In this document: in pieces, positions 1-8,862 of the stretch
Layout: the number at the start of each line of letters is the position of its first letter
Numbering within the stretch: position 1 is the stretch's first letter
Source: Bacillota bacterium
GTDB lineage: Bacteria > Bacillota_I > Bacilli_A > RFN20 > CAG-826
NCBI GenBank assembly: GCA_039799785.1
Contig: JBDLRZ010000045.1
Location: 1 to 58,200, forward strand
Direction of reading: 5' to 3'
DNA: 58,200 nt
The notes under the pieces: generated by a model
Told to the model about the DNA's origin: nothing
Databases searched by the model: none
Seen by the model: the letters and a program-made list of their open reading frames with translations, nothing else
Translations under genes and position numbers: made by a program

Positions 1-287
1 GCCGTTAACTTATTAAAGTGCACTGGCATTTCGAATCCAACGCCAATATTTTCATAAAACGATTGGTTTAACGTTTTTAACGGTTTCCCTTTAAACGTTA
101 CATTGCCTTCATAACCAGGTAATAATTTGATGAGGACTTTTTGGGTTGTTGATTTTCCAGCACCAGAAGGGCCGAGTAAGCCAAAGATTTGACCCTCTTG
201 GATATCTAAGTTTAAATCCTTGATAACGTAATCATTTTTTACGCTGTAACGATAATTGAGACCACGAATTTCGTATAAATTTGCCAT
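1..287 (-). CDS. ABC transporter ATP-binding protein (N-terminal part; gene continues beyond left edge)
   Basis: Reverse translation from ATG (287-285) reads MANLYEIRGLNYRYSV...EGQIFGLLGPSGAGKSTTQKV (Walker A). It is absent from the ORF track because the window edge truncates it. It starts 3 nt after the TetR stop, so it is probably co-transcribed. Confidence 0.8.
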   Translation of the reverse strand, partial: MANLYEIRGLNYRYSVKNDYVIKDLNLDIQEGQIFGLLGPSGAGKSTTQKVLIKLLPGYEGNVTFKGKPLKTLNQSFYENIGVGFEMPVHFNKLT

Positions 288-290
288 TGG

Positions 291-827
291 TTAATCCTCC
301 TTGGCGAACATTAAAGTTTCTAACATCGTAAATGACTGTTGGTAGTCCTTTATTAACGCATCTGCCTCCTTATGACCATGTAGAGCAGATTGATATCCTA
401 ATGATAAGTAATACAACATTCTCCAAAATTGATCAGGGTTTACAGATGCATGCATCCTTTTTAAATCGGCTTTCATGAATGGCGTTGGTGGAATAGATGG
501 TAGTTGCGTTTGTTCTAGTAAGGCAAACTTAAAAATACCGGGATATGTTTTTTCTAAATTGAATTTTGCAACTTGGATATCTTTTAATAATTGAATAAAA
601 GAATGACTTTGCTGTGCTGGTTTCTTAAGACTGGCTAATTGTTGATTTGCAAATTGAAGACAAGCTTTATAGAGCTTTTCTTTGGAGCCGAAATGATGAA
701 ACAAGAGCGGTTTTGATACGTTAGCAAGCTTAGCGATATTAGACATTGAAGCTTTTGACTTACCAAATTCACTAAAGACCACAAATCCAGCCTTGATAAT
801 CGTTAATTGACTCGCAGATACGTTCAT
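291..827 (-). CDS. TetR/AcrR family transcriptional regulator
   Basis: N-terminal HTH signature IIKAGFVVFSEFGKSKASMSNIAKLANVSKPLLFHHFGSKEKLY. The ORF-track start at 863 is the TTG inside a TTGACA -35 box, so the ATG at 827 (MNVSASQ...) is preferred. Confidence 0.85.
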   Translation of the reverse strand: MNVSASQLTIIKAGFVVFSEFGKSKASMSNIAKLANVSKPLLFHHFGSKEKLYKACLQFANQQLASLKKPAQQSHSFIQLLKDIQVAKFNLEKTYPGIFKFALLEQTQLPSIPPTPFMKADLKRMHASVNPDQFWRMLYYLSLGYQSALHGHKEADALIKDYQQSFTMLETLMFAKED

Positions 828-834
828 ATGCTTG

Positions 835-863
835 ATTATACTGACCGAAAAGGTCAGTGTCAA
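835..863 (-). promoter_or_regulatory. Consensus sigma-70 promoter with a palindromic operator as its spacer (tetR-ABC operon)
   Basis: On the minus strand: TTGACA (863-858), then the 17-nt spacer CTGACCTTTTCGGTCAG (857-841; perfect 6-bp arms), then TATAAT (840-835), then 7 nt, then ATG (827). Confidence 0.6.
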
Positions 864-893
864 GGTTTGCTTAGGTTTTTAATGTTACAAAGG

Positions 894-899
894 TATAAT
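894..899 (+). promoter_or_regulatory. -10 box (TATAAT) 7 nt upstream of the VTC-domain gene ATG; possible leaderless transcript
   Basis: The sequence reads aggTATAATtatattaATGATG. No Shine-Dalgarno sequence lies between the box and the ATG at 907. Confidence 0.4.
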
Positions 900-906
900 T
901 ATATTA

Positions 907-1647
907 ATGATGATTGATAGTAAAAGTGTATTTCAACGTTATGAGAAGAAGTTCATTCTCACGCGTGAACAATATGAAAAAATCTTAATTTCAATCAAAC
1001 GAAATATGACGTTTGATCCATTTTGTAAAGGTGGCAAAACCTACCACTTAAGAAATGTTTATTTTGATACACCAGATCACCAATTAATTTCATTGTCTTT
1101 GTTAAAGCCAGATTTTAAAGAAAAATTACGCATTCGAAAATATGGTAATCAAGGTGATCAGACCAATATCGTCTTTCTTGAAGTTAAAAGAAAAATTAAA
1201 GGTGTTGTGACCAAGCGCAGAGCATCCTTATCTCTTGAAGAAATTGAACAATTTATGAATCAAGGATTGGTCCCACAACGAGAAGCTTTTTATGATCAAC
1301 AAATTCTTAAAGAACTTAAATACATGACCCAAATATATCAATTAAGGAAAGCGGTTTTTATTGAATATGACCGCTTAGCATTCTTCGATAAACAAGATCC
1401 TGAATTTCGGGTAACGTTTGACCATCAGATTCATACGCGTTATGATAATTTTGATTTTGAAAGCAAAGTAAAGGGAACTCTTTTACTCGCTCAAGATATG
1501 GTATTGATGGAAGTGAAGGTTGGAGAGGCTATGCCTTTATGGTTTGCCAAAACACTTGCACGTCTAAAGATCTATCTGAACACATTTTCAAAATATGGCA
1601 AGGCATACGAAAGTAGACTTGCAAAGGAGATTGACAACGATGTTTGA
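907..1647 (+). CDS. VTC-domain (polyphosphate polymerase-like, triphosphate-tunnel) protein
   Basis: FQRYEKKFILTREQYEKI...NVYFDTPDHQLI...FKEKLRIRKYG...FLEVKRK...LMEVKV matches my memory of bacterial VTC-domain proteins (alternating charged beta-strands of a TTM/CYTH tunnel). Confidence 0.75.
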   Translation: MMIDSKSVFQRYEKKFILTREQYEKILISIKRNMTFDPFCKGGKTYHLRNVYFDTPDHQLISLSLLKPDFKEKLRIRKYGNQGDQTNIVFLEVKRKIKGVVTKRRASLSLEEIEQFMNQGLVPQREAFYDQQILKELKYMTQIYQLRKAVFIEYDRLAFFDKQDPEFRVTFDHQIHTRYDNFDFESKVKGTLLLAQDMVLMEVKVGEAMPLWFAKTLARLKIYLNTFSKYGKAYESRLAKEIDNDV

Positions 1648-2314
1648 CAATTTAAATACGCAGTTAGATAGTTTAGTGGTAATCGCATTGGTGGTGATGA
1701 TTTCATCTGTTATCCTTGGGATTGCTTTAGCTTACTTTTATATGTTTATCAAAAGAGAAGATGGTTATGTCTCAGACTTTCCATGGACCATGGCCATTAT
1801 GCCACCGGTTGTAGCGGTCTTAATAATCATGCTCGCAAATAATCTTGCGGCCGGTATTGCCGTGGGTGGTTTATTTGCCTTGACTCGCTTCCGTTCCAAT
1901 CAACGCAATACAGAAGATATTGCCTATGTCCTCTTAACCGTTGTTATCGGTGTGATTGCAGGGACGGGATATGTTGCCTTTGCCTTGATCTTTACTTTAT
2001 TTATGATGGGTGTGATTCTTGTTTTATACTTTTTAAGATTTGGCAAAACCTCTGAAAAGAATTTAGCATTGAGAATTGTGGTACCGGAAAGTCTTAACTA
2101 TGAAAATCTATTTGATGACTTATTAAAAAAATATTGTTTATCTTATGCGATCAATCGCGTTAGAACGATCGACTTTGGAACACTCTTTGAATTAACCTAT
2201 CATATCGTGATTAAAAAATCGACGAAGCAAAAAGAAATGCTCGATGAGTTAAGACAACGCAATGGTAACCTTACGATTACGTTAACGGTTCAACGATTTA
2301 ATCAGGTGGATTAA
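1640..2314 (+). CDS. DUF4956-family membrane protein
   Basis: Has 3-4 TM helices, the GGLFALTRFRS motif and a soluble C-terminal domain. The ATG at 1640 follows AAGGAG (1624-1629) and overlaps the VTC stop, so the ORF-track start at 1595 is probably too early. Confidence 0.65.
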   Translation: MFDNLNTQLDSLVVIALVVMISSVILGIALAYFYMFIKREDGYVSDFPWTMAIMPPVVAVLIIMLANNLAAGIAVGGLFALTRFRSNQRNTEDIAYVLLTVVIGVIAGTGYVAFALIFTLFMMGVILVLYFLRFGKTSEKNLALRIVVPESLNYENLFDDLLKKYCLSYAINRVRTIDFGTLFELTYHIVIKKSTKQKEMLDELRQRNGNLTITLTVQRFNQVD

Positions 2315-2315
2315 G

Positions 2316-3209
2316 ATGACGTTATTGGCTTTGTCGACAGCGTTCTTGATTGGATTGGCTTCCCCTCTTCCGATTCAAGATCCAGTCAGCTTATCTTTTA
2401 TTATCCTCAATGACGATCAACAAAAAGTGGTCACGTTAGATCGTGGTGATTTTTATTTCAATCCTCCAACTGATTTTATGATGCGTGATAATGTCCGACT
2501 CAAAGGTTGGTATCAAGATGAATCGCTTACGAGTTTTCATGACTTTGACTCACCGATCGTAGAGGACACTCGTCTCTATGCAACGTGGGATTACCTTAAT
2601 CCTGCGATTGCACTTGCCCAATTATCACAATCTGAGGTGGGTGATCGATTTGAGTCAACGACCATGACTTTAACGTTACCTTTATATGAACCTCTTAAAA
2701 AGGACGTAAAATTTCAATGGCAAGCTGCCCCACAAAATAGTTCTGATTTTGATAACATTGGTGGCGCTAATACGGATCAATTTTCTCCATTTCGAAATGG
2801 GACATTCCAATATCGCGTTCGATATCGATTACCTATTTACAGTACCGGTGGAACCGTCATTGACTACGTGAGTTATTATTCTAGTGTCGTAACCATTAGT
2901 ATTTATGGACAACAATCCATCGTAGGATTTATTATTGCACTCAGTTTTATCACCTTAATCAGTGTAATTTGGTTTTTAAGAAAAAAACGATCCATCTATT
3001 ATGATGTAGATGGAGGAGAACCCTTACATCCGGGTCGCTTTTACATGGGTGAAGATATTACGGTTCAGCCTAAAGCAAAGAAAAAGGGATATCGATTTAT
3101 GGGTTGGTATGATGATGTTACACTTAAGCAACCATACTCGGGATTAAGAATGCCAATGAAAGCAATGAAAATATATGCAAAATTTAAGAAAACAAAAACA
3201 AATCGCTAG
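2316..3209 (+). CDS. Membrane protein with Listeria-Bacteroides (InlB B / Flg_new) repeats
   Basis: Signal-like N-terminus. B-repeat signatures are VRLKGWYQDESLTSFHDFDSPIVEDTRLYATW and KKGYRFMGWYDDVTLKQPYSG...KIYAKF. A TM helix IVGFIIALSFITLISVIWFL is followed by RKKR. Confidence 0.55.
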   Translation: MTLLALSTAFLIGLASPLPIQDPVSLSFIILNDDQQKVVTLDRGDFYFNPPTDFMMRDNVRLKGWYQDESLTSFHDFDSPIVEDTRLYATWDYLNPAIALAQLSQSEVGDRFESTTMTLTLPLYEPLKKDVKFQWQAAPQNSSDFDNIGGANTDQFSPFRNGTFQYRVRYRLPIYSTGGTVIDYVSYYSSVVTISIYGQQSIVGFIIALSFITLISVIWFLRKKRSIYYDVDGGEPLHPGRFYMGEDITVQPKAKKKGYRFMGWYDDVTLKQPYSGLRMPMKAMKIYAKFKKTKTNR

Positions 3210-4119
3210 AGCCATCCAAAGTTATCCTGTCAAAACATCGATGATTTTAATTGATTTTTTGCGCGCTGAATTAAAAAACATGAGTCGTAATAATATCAAA
3301 TCGCTACTCACTAGAAAACAAGTGATGGTGGATGGTGCACCGATTAGTCAATACAACTTTGTGTTAACACCCGGTGACATCGTCATGATTGGTAAATATA
3401 ACCCTCAAGATAAACCCTTGCCTACACCCAAAATACTTTATGAGGATGCTGAATTTCTCGTGATTGAAAAACCAACAGGTTTACTTACCGTTGCCTCTGA
3501 TAACGAAAAGAGTCAAACTGCCTTTCGTGTGATGATGGACTATGTTCGGGAAAAGGATACCCATGCAAGGTTATATGTTGTCCATCGTATCGATCGAGAT
3601 ACATCGGGTATTTTGATGTTTTGTAAAAATGAAGAGTTAAGAGACGAAATGCAAAAACAATGGAATAGTATTGTTTCCAAACGAGGCTATTATGCAATTG
3701 TCGATGGCATACCTCTTGAAAAGAAAAAAACAATTCATACTTGGCTTCATAAGACGTCTACCCAAATCATGTATTCCCGACAATATGAAGATGATGAAGG
3801 TCAAGAAGCGATCACGCATTATGTTGTTAAAAAAGAAATGAAAAACCATGCCTTTTTAGATGTCAAAATTGATACAGGACGAAAGAACCAAATTCGTGTG
3901 CATTTAAAAGAGTTGGGTCATACCGTTATTGGAGACGATAAATATCATGCAGTTACTGATCCCATCAAACGTTTAGGTCTTCACGCCTATGCTTTAGAAT
4001 TTATCCATCCAGTGACAGAGAAGAAGTATAATTTCTTTTCGCCTTTACCAGGTTTAATGAAAGCGTTTATTGAAGGTCGACACGGAGTGAAATCAACCAA
4101 AGAAGAAAAGGTATCATAA
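3175..4119 (+). CDS. RluA-family 23S rRNA pseudouridine synthase with N-terminal S4 domain
   Basis: Carries the catalytic motif LYVVHRIDRDTSGILMF, an S4-like segment LIDFLRAEL...SRNNIKSLL...VMVDG, and the C-terminal KNQIRVHL...LGLHAY. An alternative start is the ATG at 3241. Confidence 0.85.
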   Translation: MQNLRKQKQIARAIQSYPVKTSMILIDFLRAELKNMSRNNIKSLLTRKQVMVDGAPISQYNFVLTPGDIVMIGKYNPQDKPLPTPKILYEDAEFLVIEKPTGLLTVASDNEKSQTAFRVMMDYVREKDTHARLYVVHRIDRDTSGILMFCKNEELRDEMQKQWNSIVSKRGYYAIVDGIPLEKKKTIHTWLHKTSTQIMYSRQYEDDEGQEAITHYVVKKEMKNHAFLDVKIDTGRKNQIRVHLKELGHTVIGDDKYHAVTDPIKRLGLHAYALEFIHPVTEKKYNFFSPLPGLMKAFIEGRHGVKSTKEEKVS

Positions 4120-4123
4120 CCTT

Positions 4124-7100
4124 ATGAATTGGTTGACACTACAACGCTCTCTTCATCGCCAATGGCTCATCTTTACGAAACCCATTCGTGATGCTTGGGC
4201 AGACCCTCATTCCTTATTAAGATATATTGGTTACCTCACCTTTATGGGTGTAATGTTTTATGCCTATGCTTTGGTAACCAATTTGTTAACGATTCCACTG
4301 AGTGGGGATTATGTCCTTCAACAAATTCCATTTTATTTAAATGGTTATGATGATTGGACGCATTTCTTTCGCACTGGTGAATTTGTCTTATGGGATGATT
4401 CAACGTACTTAGGTGCCAATCATATTGGTTCTAATTCTTTTTATTATTATCTGAATCCATTCTTCATGCCGATTTTGTTATTTCCTCGTGGGTTAGTTCC
4501 ACAAGGCTTGGCATTGTTGATGATTGGCAAAATGGTGGGCGCATCTTTAACCTTCCGATTATTGTTGAAATATTTTAACGTCAAAGAAAATCATACTCGC
4601 ATTTTTGCGATGGCGTATGGATTCTCTGGATGGATGGCCTACTATCTTTGGTTCAATCACTTTATGGAAGTGGCAGTTGTTTTCCCACTCGTTTTACTTG
4701 GTGTTGAAAAACTTTTAAAGGAAAAAAACTTTCGCTTTTTAGCTTTGAGTTTATTCCTGATGGGCATCACCAATTATTTCTTTTTGGTTTCAACAAGTTT
4801 TACCGCGGTGTTCTATGCGGTGTTCCGTTACTTACAAACAGCCTCTAAGCGTACATGGTTGGATAATGCGAACGTTGCTGGACTTGGTTTCCTTGCTTTT
4901 GCCATTGGCATCATCATGTCTGCATTTGTCTTTTTACCTTCTGTCATGGTTGCAATTACCTCTAACCGCGTTGGTGAAGCCTGGTATTTAGACCAATTAG
5001 TGGCTGCGTTCCAATCAGAGAATTGGCAAGAGCTTTGGTCTTTATTAACCATTTGGCGAAATCAAGGTGGAACAGAAGAACCTTACAATAAGTTTTATCC
5101 ACTGATTTCCTTTTTATTCCCAACGGTTAGTAATCGAAGTTCAACCTTATTTAATACGGGTAGTTATGACAATACGATTTCCAGTTTGTTTGTTTATACA
5201 CCTTTAACGATGCTATTAATCCCTTCTTTGATTCACAACTACATGAAGAAAAAGTGGTCGCATTTCTTAGCTTTAGGATTGATTCTCTTTATGTTATTCA
5301 CACCGATCACGTATCAACTCGTCCATGGATTTACGATTGACTATGGTCGTTGGCAAATCTTTGTGGTGACAATTCTCATTACTTATATTGCGGTTAATTT
5401 TGAAGAACGAATGAAATTTAAACGCTGGTATTATGATGTGTCTTTTGTCGGTGTTTTCTCTTTAGCCATTTATGCAGTCTTAGTAGCATTAGGGAACGAA
5501 AATAGATTCTTCTTTTCTGAGATGAGTGAACGTCAATATGTCGCCATCTTTGCCCTTGTATACATGATTGTTGTTTATGTGTACCTACGACAATCCTTTC
5601 GAAAGAAATCCTTACCCGATACTTTACAAACGGCGATTTTCTTCGAAGCAATTGTGATGGGAACCTTAATCATGAATATGCACGGTTTGATTAGTTATCC
5701 TAATCGGATTGACAATGGTCTTGATTTAATTCGTGATCAACGGGAGATTGTTAAACAGATTCAAGACGAGGACGATCAATTCTTCCGCATTTACAATTTG
5801 AACGCTGGTGAATCCACCAATCTTGGTATGCGCTTAGGTTATAACGGGATGACCGCCTTCCACTCACTTTATAATTTTTATGTTTCAGATTTTAATAACT
5901 ATTCTCATATGAACTACAATTATCGCGGTTGGTCGATGGGGTACCATGAAAAACGTTATAACCTCGACACCTTTTTAGGTGTGAAGTATTACATCATGCA
6001 AAATGTCTATGACTCTTACACAAGGGCCAGTGAAGCTGATCCGGAAACTGGTGTGTATGACTATTTGTATCAAAATGTGCCACATGGTTTTATCAAAAGT
6101 ACAACATTATCAACGAATAAAAACTCCGTTTATGTGAATCAGAATTTCATCGAAGGTGGTTTTAGTTACGATACGTTATATCCAAACAACCAAGTTGAAG
6201 GTCAATTTGCAAATAGTTTTTTCACCAATTCCACCACAGAAGTGTTAACGAATGAGGAGGCTTATTTACAAGGGGTCATCCTTGCTAATGATGATGTGGA
6301 CGCCATTCTAGAAGAAGCATCACATTTAAACGTAAGTACTTCACCCACTCGTTCCATTGCTCGTATCAATACGAATGTTAGTTTGATTCGTTGCGATGAT
6401 AATCTTGGTAATCCACTGATCTTTAATCCAAGTCACATTGATCGTTTAGAAACGTGTGAAGCGACACCGGTTGCCAATAACAACAGCATTGGTCAATTTA
6501 ATGGTGAGTATTTACCGATACACATTACACCGACTTCTGGATCCAATTTTGGTGAAGAACCGGATGATTATTTCTTTGCCTTACAACTTCGCTTATCGCA
6601 TTATGCTACAGTCTATTTCTTTGATGAACAAGGTGAAATCATCATTCGCGATGCACACTCCTTTGTGAATACATCGTTTAAATTTATGCGTGGTTATTAT
6701 CCTACGCGACCCGTTTCTCGCATTGTAATTGTCCCTAAATTCAGTGAAGGTAATATGTATTATCCTGTGCTATTTAGAGAACCGTATACCGCCCAATTAC
6801 AACGACTTGCTTCATTACAAGCCTACCCATTAGAAGATTTTAAACATACCGCTAATTCAAGAACTTTCTCGACTGATTTCGCTTCGACAAGAATGATTGT
6901 CCTCAACACCCCATTTGATCCGGGATGGAAAGTCACGCGCATCCAAGCGGGTGGCATCAAAGACACCACACCGGTGTATCTATCCCAAGGTGGATTTGTC
7001 GGATTTTTATCAGGGGTTGGTCCAACAGAATATCAAGTGACCTACTGGACACCATATTTAACAGAAGGTCTACTCATTGCCTTAACAGGGTTTGCAATGT

Positions 7101-7168
7101 TTGGTGGAATTGTCGGTGCAGCTTATCTCGTTGAAAAGAAACGATTAGAAAAAGAACAACGTTCTTAG
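4124..7168 (+). CDS. YfhO-family polytopic membrane protein (putative glycosyltransferase), 1014 aa
   Basis: The N-terminal segment LSGDYVLQQIPFYLNGYDDW...GANHIGSNSFYYYLNPFF resembles the YfhO signature. It has many TM helices, a large extracytoplasmic C-terminal domain and a terminal TM helix. Confidence 0.7.
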   Translation: MNWLTLQRSLHRQWLIFTKPIRDAWADPHSLLRYIGYLTFMGVMFYAYALVTNLLTIPLSGDYVLQQIPFYLNGYDDWTHFFRTGEFVLWDDSTYLGANHIGSNSFYYYLNPFFMPILLFPRGLVPQGLALLMIGKMVGASLTFRLLLKYFNVKENHTRIFAMAYGFSGWMAYYLWFNHFMEVAVVFPLVLLGVEKLLKEKNFRFLALSLFLMGITNYFFLVSTSFTAVFYAVFRYLQTASKRTWLDNANVAGLGFLAFAIGIIMSAFVFLPSVMVAITSNRVGEAWYLDQLVAAFQSENWQELWSLLTIWRNQGGTEEPYNKFYPLISFLFPTVSNRSSTLFNTGSYDNTISSLFVYTPLTMLLIPSLIHNYMKKKWSHFLALGLILFMLFTPITYQLVHGFTIDYGRWQIFVVTILITYIAVNFEERMKFKRWYYDVSFVGVFSLAIYAVLVALGNENRFFFSEMSERQYVAIFALVYMIVVYVYLRQSFRKKSLPDTLQTAIFFEAIVMGTLIMNMHGLISYPNRIDNGLDLIRDQREIVKQIQDEDDQFFRIYNLNAGESTNLGMRLGYNGMTAFHSLYNFYVSDFNNYSHMNYNYRGWSMGYHEKRYNLDTFLGVKYYIMQNVYDSYTRASEADPETGVYDYLYQNVPHGFIKSTTLSTNKNSVYVNQNFIEGGFSYDTLYPNNQVEGQFANSFFTNSTTEVLTNEEAYLQGVILANDDVDAILEEASHLNVSTSPTRSIARINTNVSLIRCDDNLGNPLIFNPSHIDRLETCEATPVANNNSIGQFNGEYLPIHITPTSGSNFGEEPDDYFFALQLRLSHYATVYFFDEQGEIIIRDAHSFVNTSFKFMRGYYPTRPVSRIVIVPKFSEGNMYYPVLFREPYTAQLQRLASLQAYPLEDFKHTANSRTFSTDFASTRMIVLNTPFDPGWKVTRIQAGGIKDTTPVYLSQGGFVGFLSGVGPTEYQVTYWTPYLTEGLLIALTGFAMFGGIVGAAYLVEKKRLEKEQRS

Positions 7169-8025
7169 TTGTGATGGACGACTTTATAAATATAATTTTT
7201 CGCCATTTTTGTCATTTCTGAAACTTGGCGAATCGCATCTTTCATTGAAATGCCAGTTGCCGTTAAGGAGTCCACTGCTTTTCTAATTTCGTCATCCGAT
7301 AATTTAATACCAAACTCATCTTTATTGCCTTCGACAAGGACAACCATTTCACCTTTCAGTGTGGTTGGATCAATTTCCGATAATTCTTGTAAGGTCCCAT
7401 CGATATATTCTTCATGCAATTTTGTTAATTCTCTAGCAATACACGCTTTGCGATTACCTAAAACTTCGAATAAGTTTCGTAAGGTAACGTCGATTCGGTG
7501 GGGCGCTTCATAGAATATCAAGGTTTCAGGTCGACGATATAAATCTTTGATCTCATCCAATCTTGCTGCTTCTTTTTGTCTTAAGAATCCATGGAAATAA
7601 AACTTGGAACTATCAAGACCACTGGCCACGAGTGCATTAAAAACTGCAGATGGACCTGAAATCACAATCACTTGAATATCTTCGGTTAACGCAGCCTGAA
7701 CTAGTCGTTGACCAGGATCTGATATACCAGGATATCCAGCATCCGAAAGATAGGCGATGGATTGACCTTCTAGCATCATATCCACCAGTTGTTTACTGAC
7801 AGTTAATTCATTATGTTCATGACAAGCGATTAATGTTTTCTTGATGCCGAGGTGGAACAAAAGTTTTCCACTGACACGCGTATCTTCACAAGCAATCGCA
7901 TCGATAGAAGTTAAAGTTGTAACTGCACGTGGGGTGATTTCATCTAGATTACCGATGGGCGTTGCAACTAAATAGAGTTTGCCTTTGGTTTGCTTGGCTT
8001 CACTAAATGACTTACGGCGTTTCAT
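7165..8025 (-). CDS. rsmI: 16S rRNA (cytidine1402-2'-O)-methyltransferase
   Basis: LYLVATPIGNLDEITPRAVTTLTSIDAIACEDTRVSGKLL plus YLSDAGYPGISDPG, which is the tetrapyrrole-methylase-like RsmI signature. Confidence 0.9.
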   Translation of the reverse strand: MKRRKSFSEAKQTKGKLYLVATPIGNLDEITPRAVTTLTSIDAIACEDTRVSGKLLFHLGIKKTLIACHEHNELTVSKQLVDMMLEGQSIAYLSDAGYPGISDPGQRLVQAALTEDIQVIVISGPSAVFNALVASGLDSSKFYFHGFLRQKEAARLDEIKDLYRRPETLIFYEAPHRIDVTLRNLFEVLGNRKACIARELTKLHEEYIDGTLQELSEIDPTTLKGEMVVLVEGNKDEFGIKLSDDEIRKAVDSLTATGISMKDAIRQVSEMTKMAKNYIYKVVHHN

Positions 8026-8858
8026 GCCACAGGAGTTCCTTTAGGATGTTTATTTAATTCATCGACATGAAGGAATTGAATATCTCGGTTTTGATTCTCG
8101 ATTTTGATAACGCGCGTTAAGACGTTCATGGACGTGACTTTAAAACTAATGCCATCAATCATGTAACGATCGCCAACCCGAGGTAAGGTTGCCTTAATTT
8201 CGGTGTATGCATCATCTTCATACTTTAGGCAGCATAGTAATTTTCCACAGTGACCTGTTAACTTTGGAATGTTTAACGTTAACATTTGATTCTTTGCCCG
8301 ATTGATTGAGATGTTATCAAACTCATTTAAGAAAGTGGTGCAGCAAAGTGGTAAACCACAGATTCCAATCGCTCCATAAAGTTTGGCACGGTCTCTAGCA
8401 CCCACTTGTCTTAAGTCGATACGGGTGTGAAATTGTGTCGCTAAGGCTCTTAATAAATCTCGAAAATCCACCCGGTCTTCTGAAAGAAATAAAAAATAGA
8501 GTTTCGAACGATCGAGGTTATATTCCGCTGCAAAAATTTCCATATCAAGATTCATCTTTTTGACAAGATCTTTTGCAAAAAGCATGGCATCTTTTGCATC
8601 TTTTTCATTACGTTGTTGAGCTGCTAAATCACGTGTCTCTGCTTTACGAACAATTGGCATTAATTGAAAAGGATAGCGATATTCACTCATCGCTTTTAAT
8701 TTGGTTTTGATAATACCTAATTCGTAACCCTTACCGGTTTCTACAATCACCATATCATTCGGTTGATAGACGTTTGCAGTGGTAGAAAAGTATTGTAATC
8801 GAGGCAAATGATTAACTTGAATGCCAACAAAATAAGGGATTTGCTGATGTGTTTCCAT
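8022..8858 (-). CDS. ricT: PSP1-domain regulatory protein RicT/YaaT
   Basis: PSP1 domain with the Cys cluster GICGLPLCCTTFL...GHCGKLLCCLKYE. It sits in the conserved position between holB and rsmI. Confidence 0.85.
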   Translation of the reverse strand: METHQQIPYFVGIQVNHLPRLQYFSTTANVYQPNDMVIVETGKGYELGIIKTKLKAMSEYRYPFQLMPIVRKAETRDLAAQQRNEKDAKDAMLFAKDLVKKMNLDMEIFAAEYNLDRSKLYFLFLSEDRVDFRDLLRALATQFHTRIDLRQVGARDRAKLYGAIGICGLPLCCTTFLNEFDNISINRAKNQMLTLNIPKLTGHCGKLLCCLKYEDDAYTEIKATLPRVGDRYMIDGISFKVTSMNVLTRVIKIENQNRDIQFLHVDELNKHPKGTPVA

Positions 8859-8862
8859 ACCT

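Noticed and set aside
3485-3849. Short antisense or nested ORFs from the six-frame track. Examples are 3485-3733, 3637-3849, 4828-5052, 5418-5651, 7250-7513, 9083-9334, 10208-10447, 13097-13438, 17491-17799, 20310-20612, 26763-27242, 27451-27717, 39902-40204, 42867-43145 and 47976-48284.
   Set aside because: Each lies wholly inside a longer ORF with strong family signatures on the other strand or in another frame. They have low-complexity or biased composition, no RBS and no recognisable motifs. They are typical spurious ORFs in AT-rich DNA.
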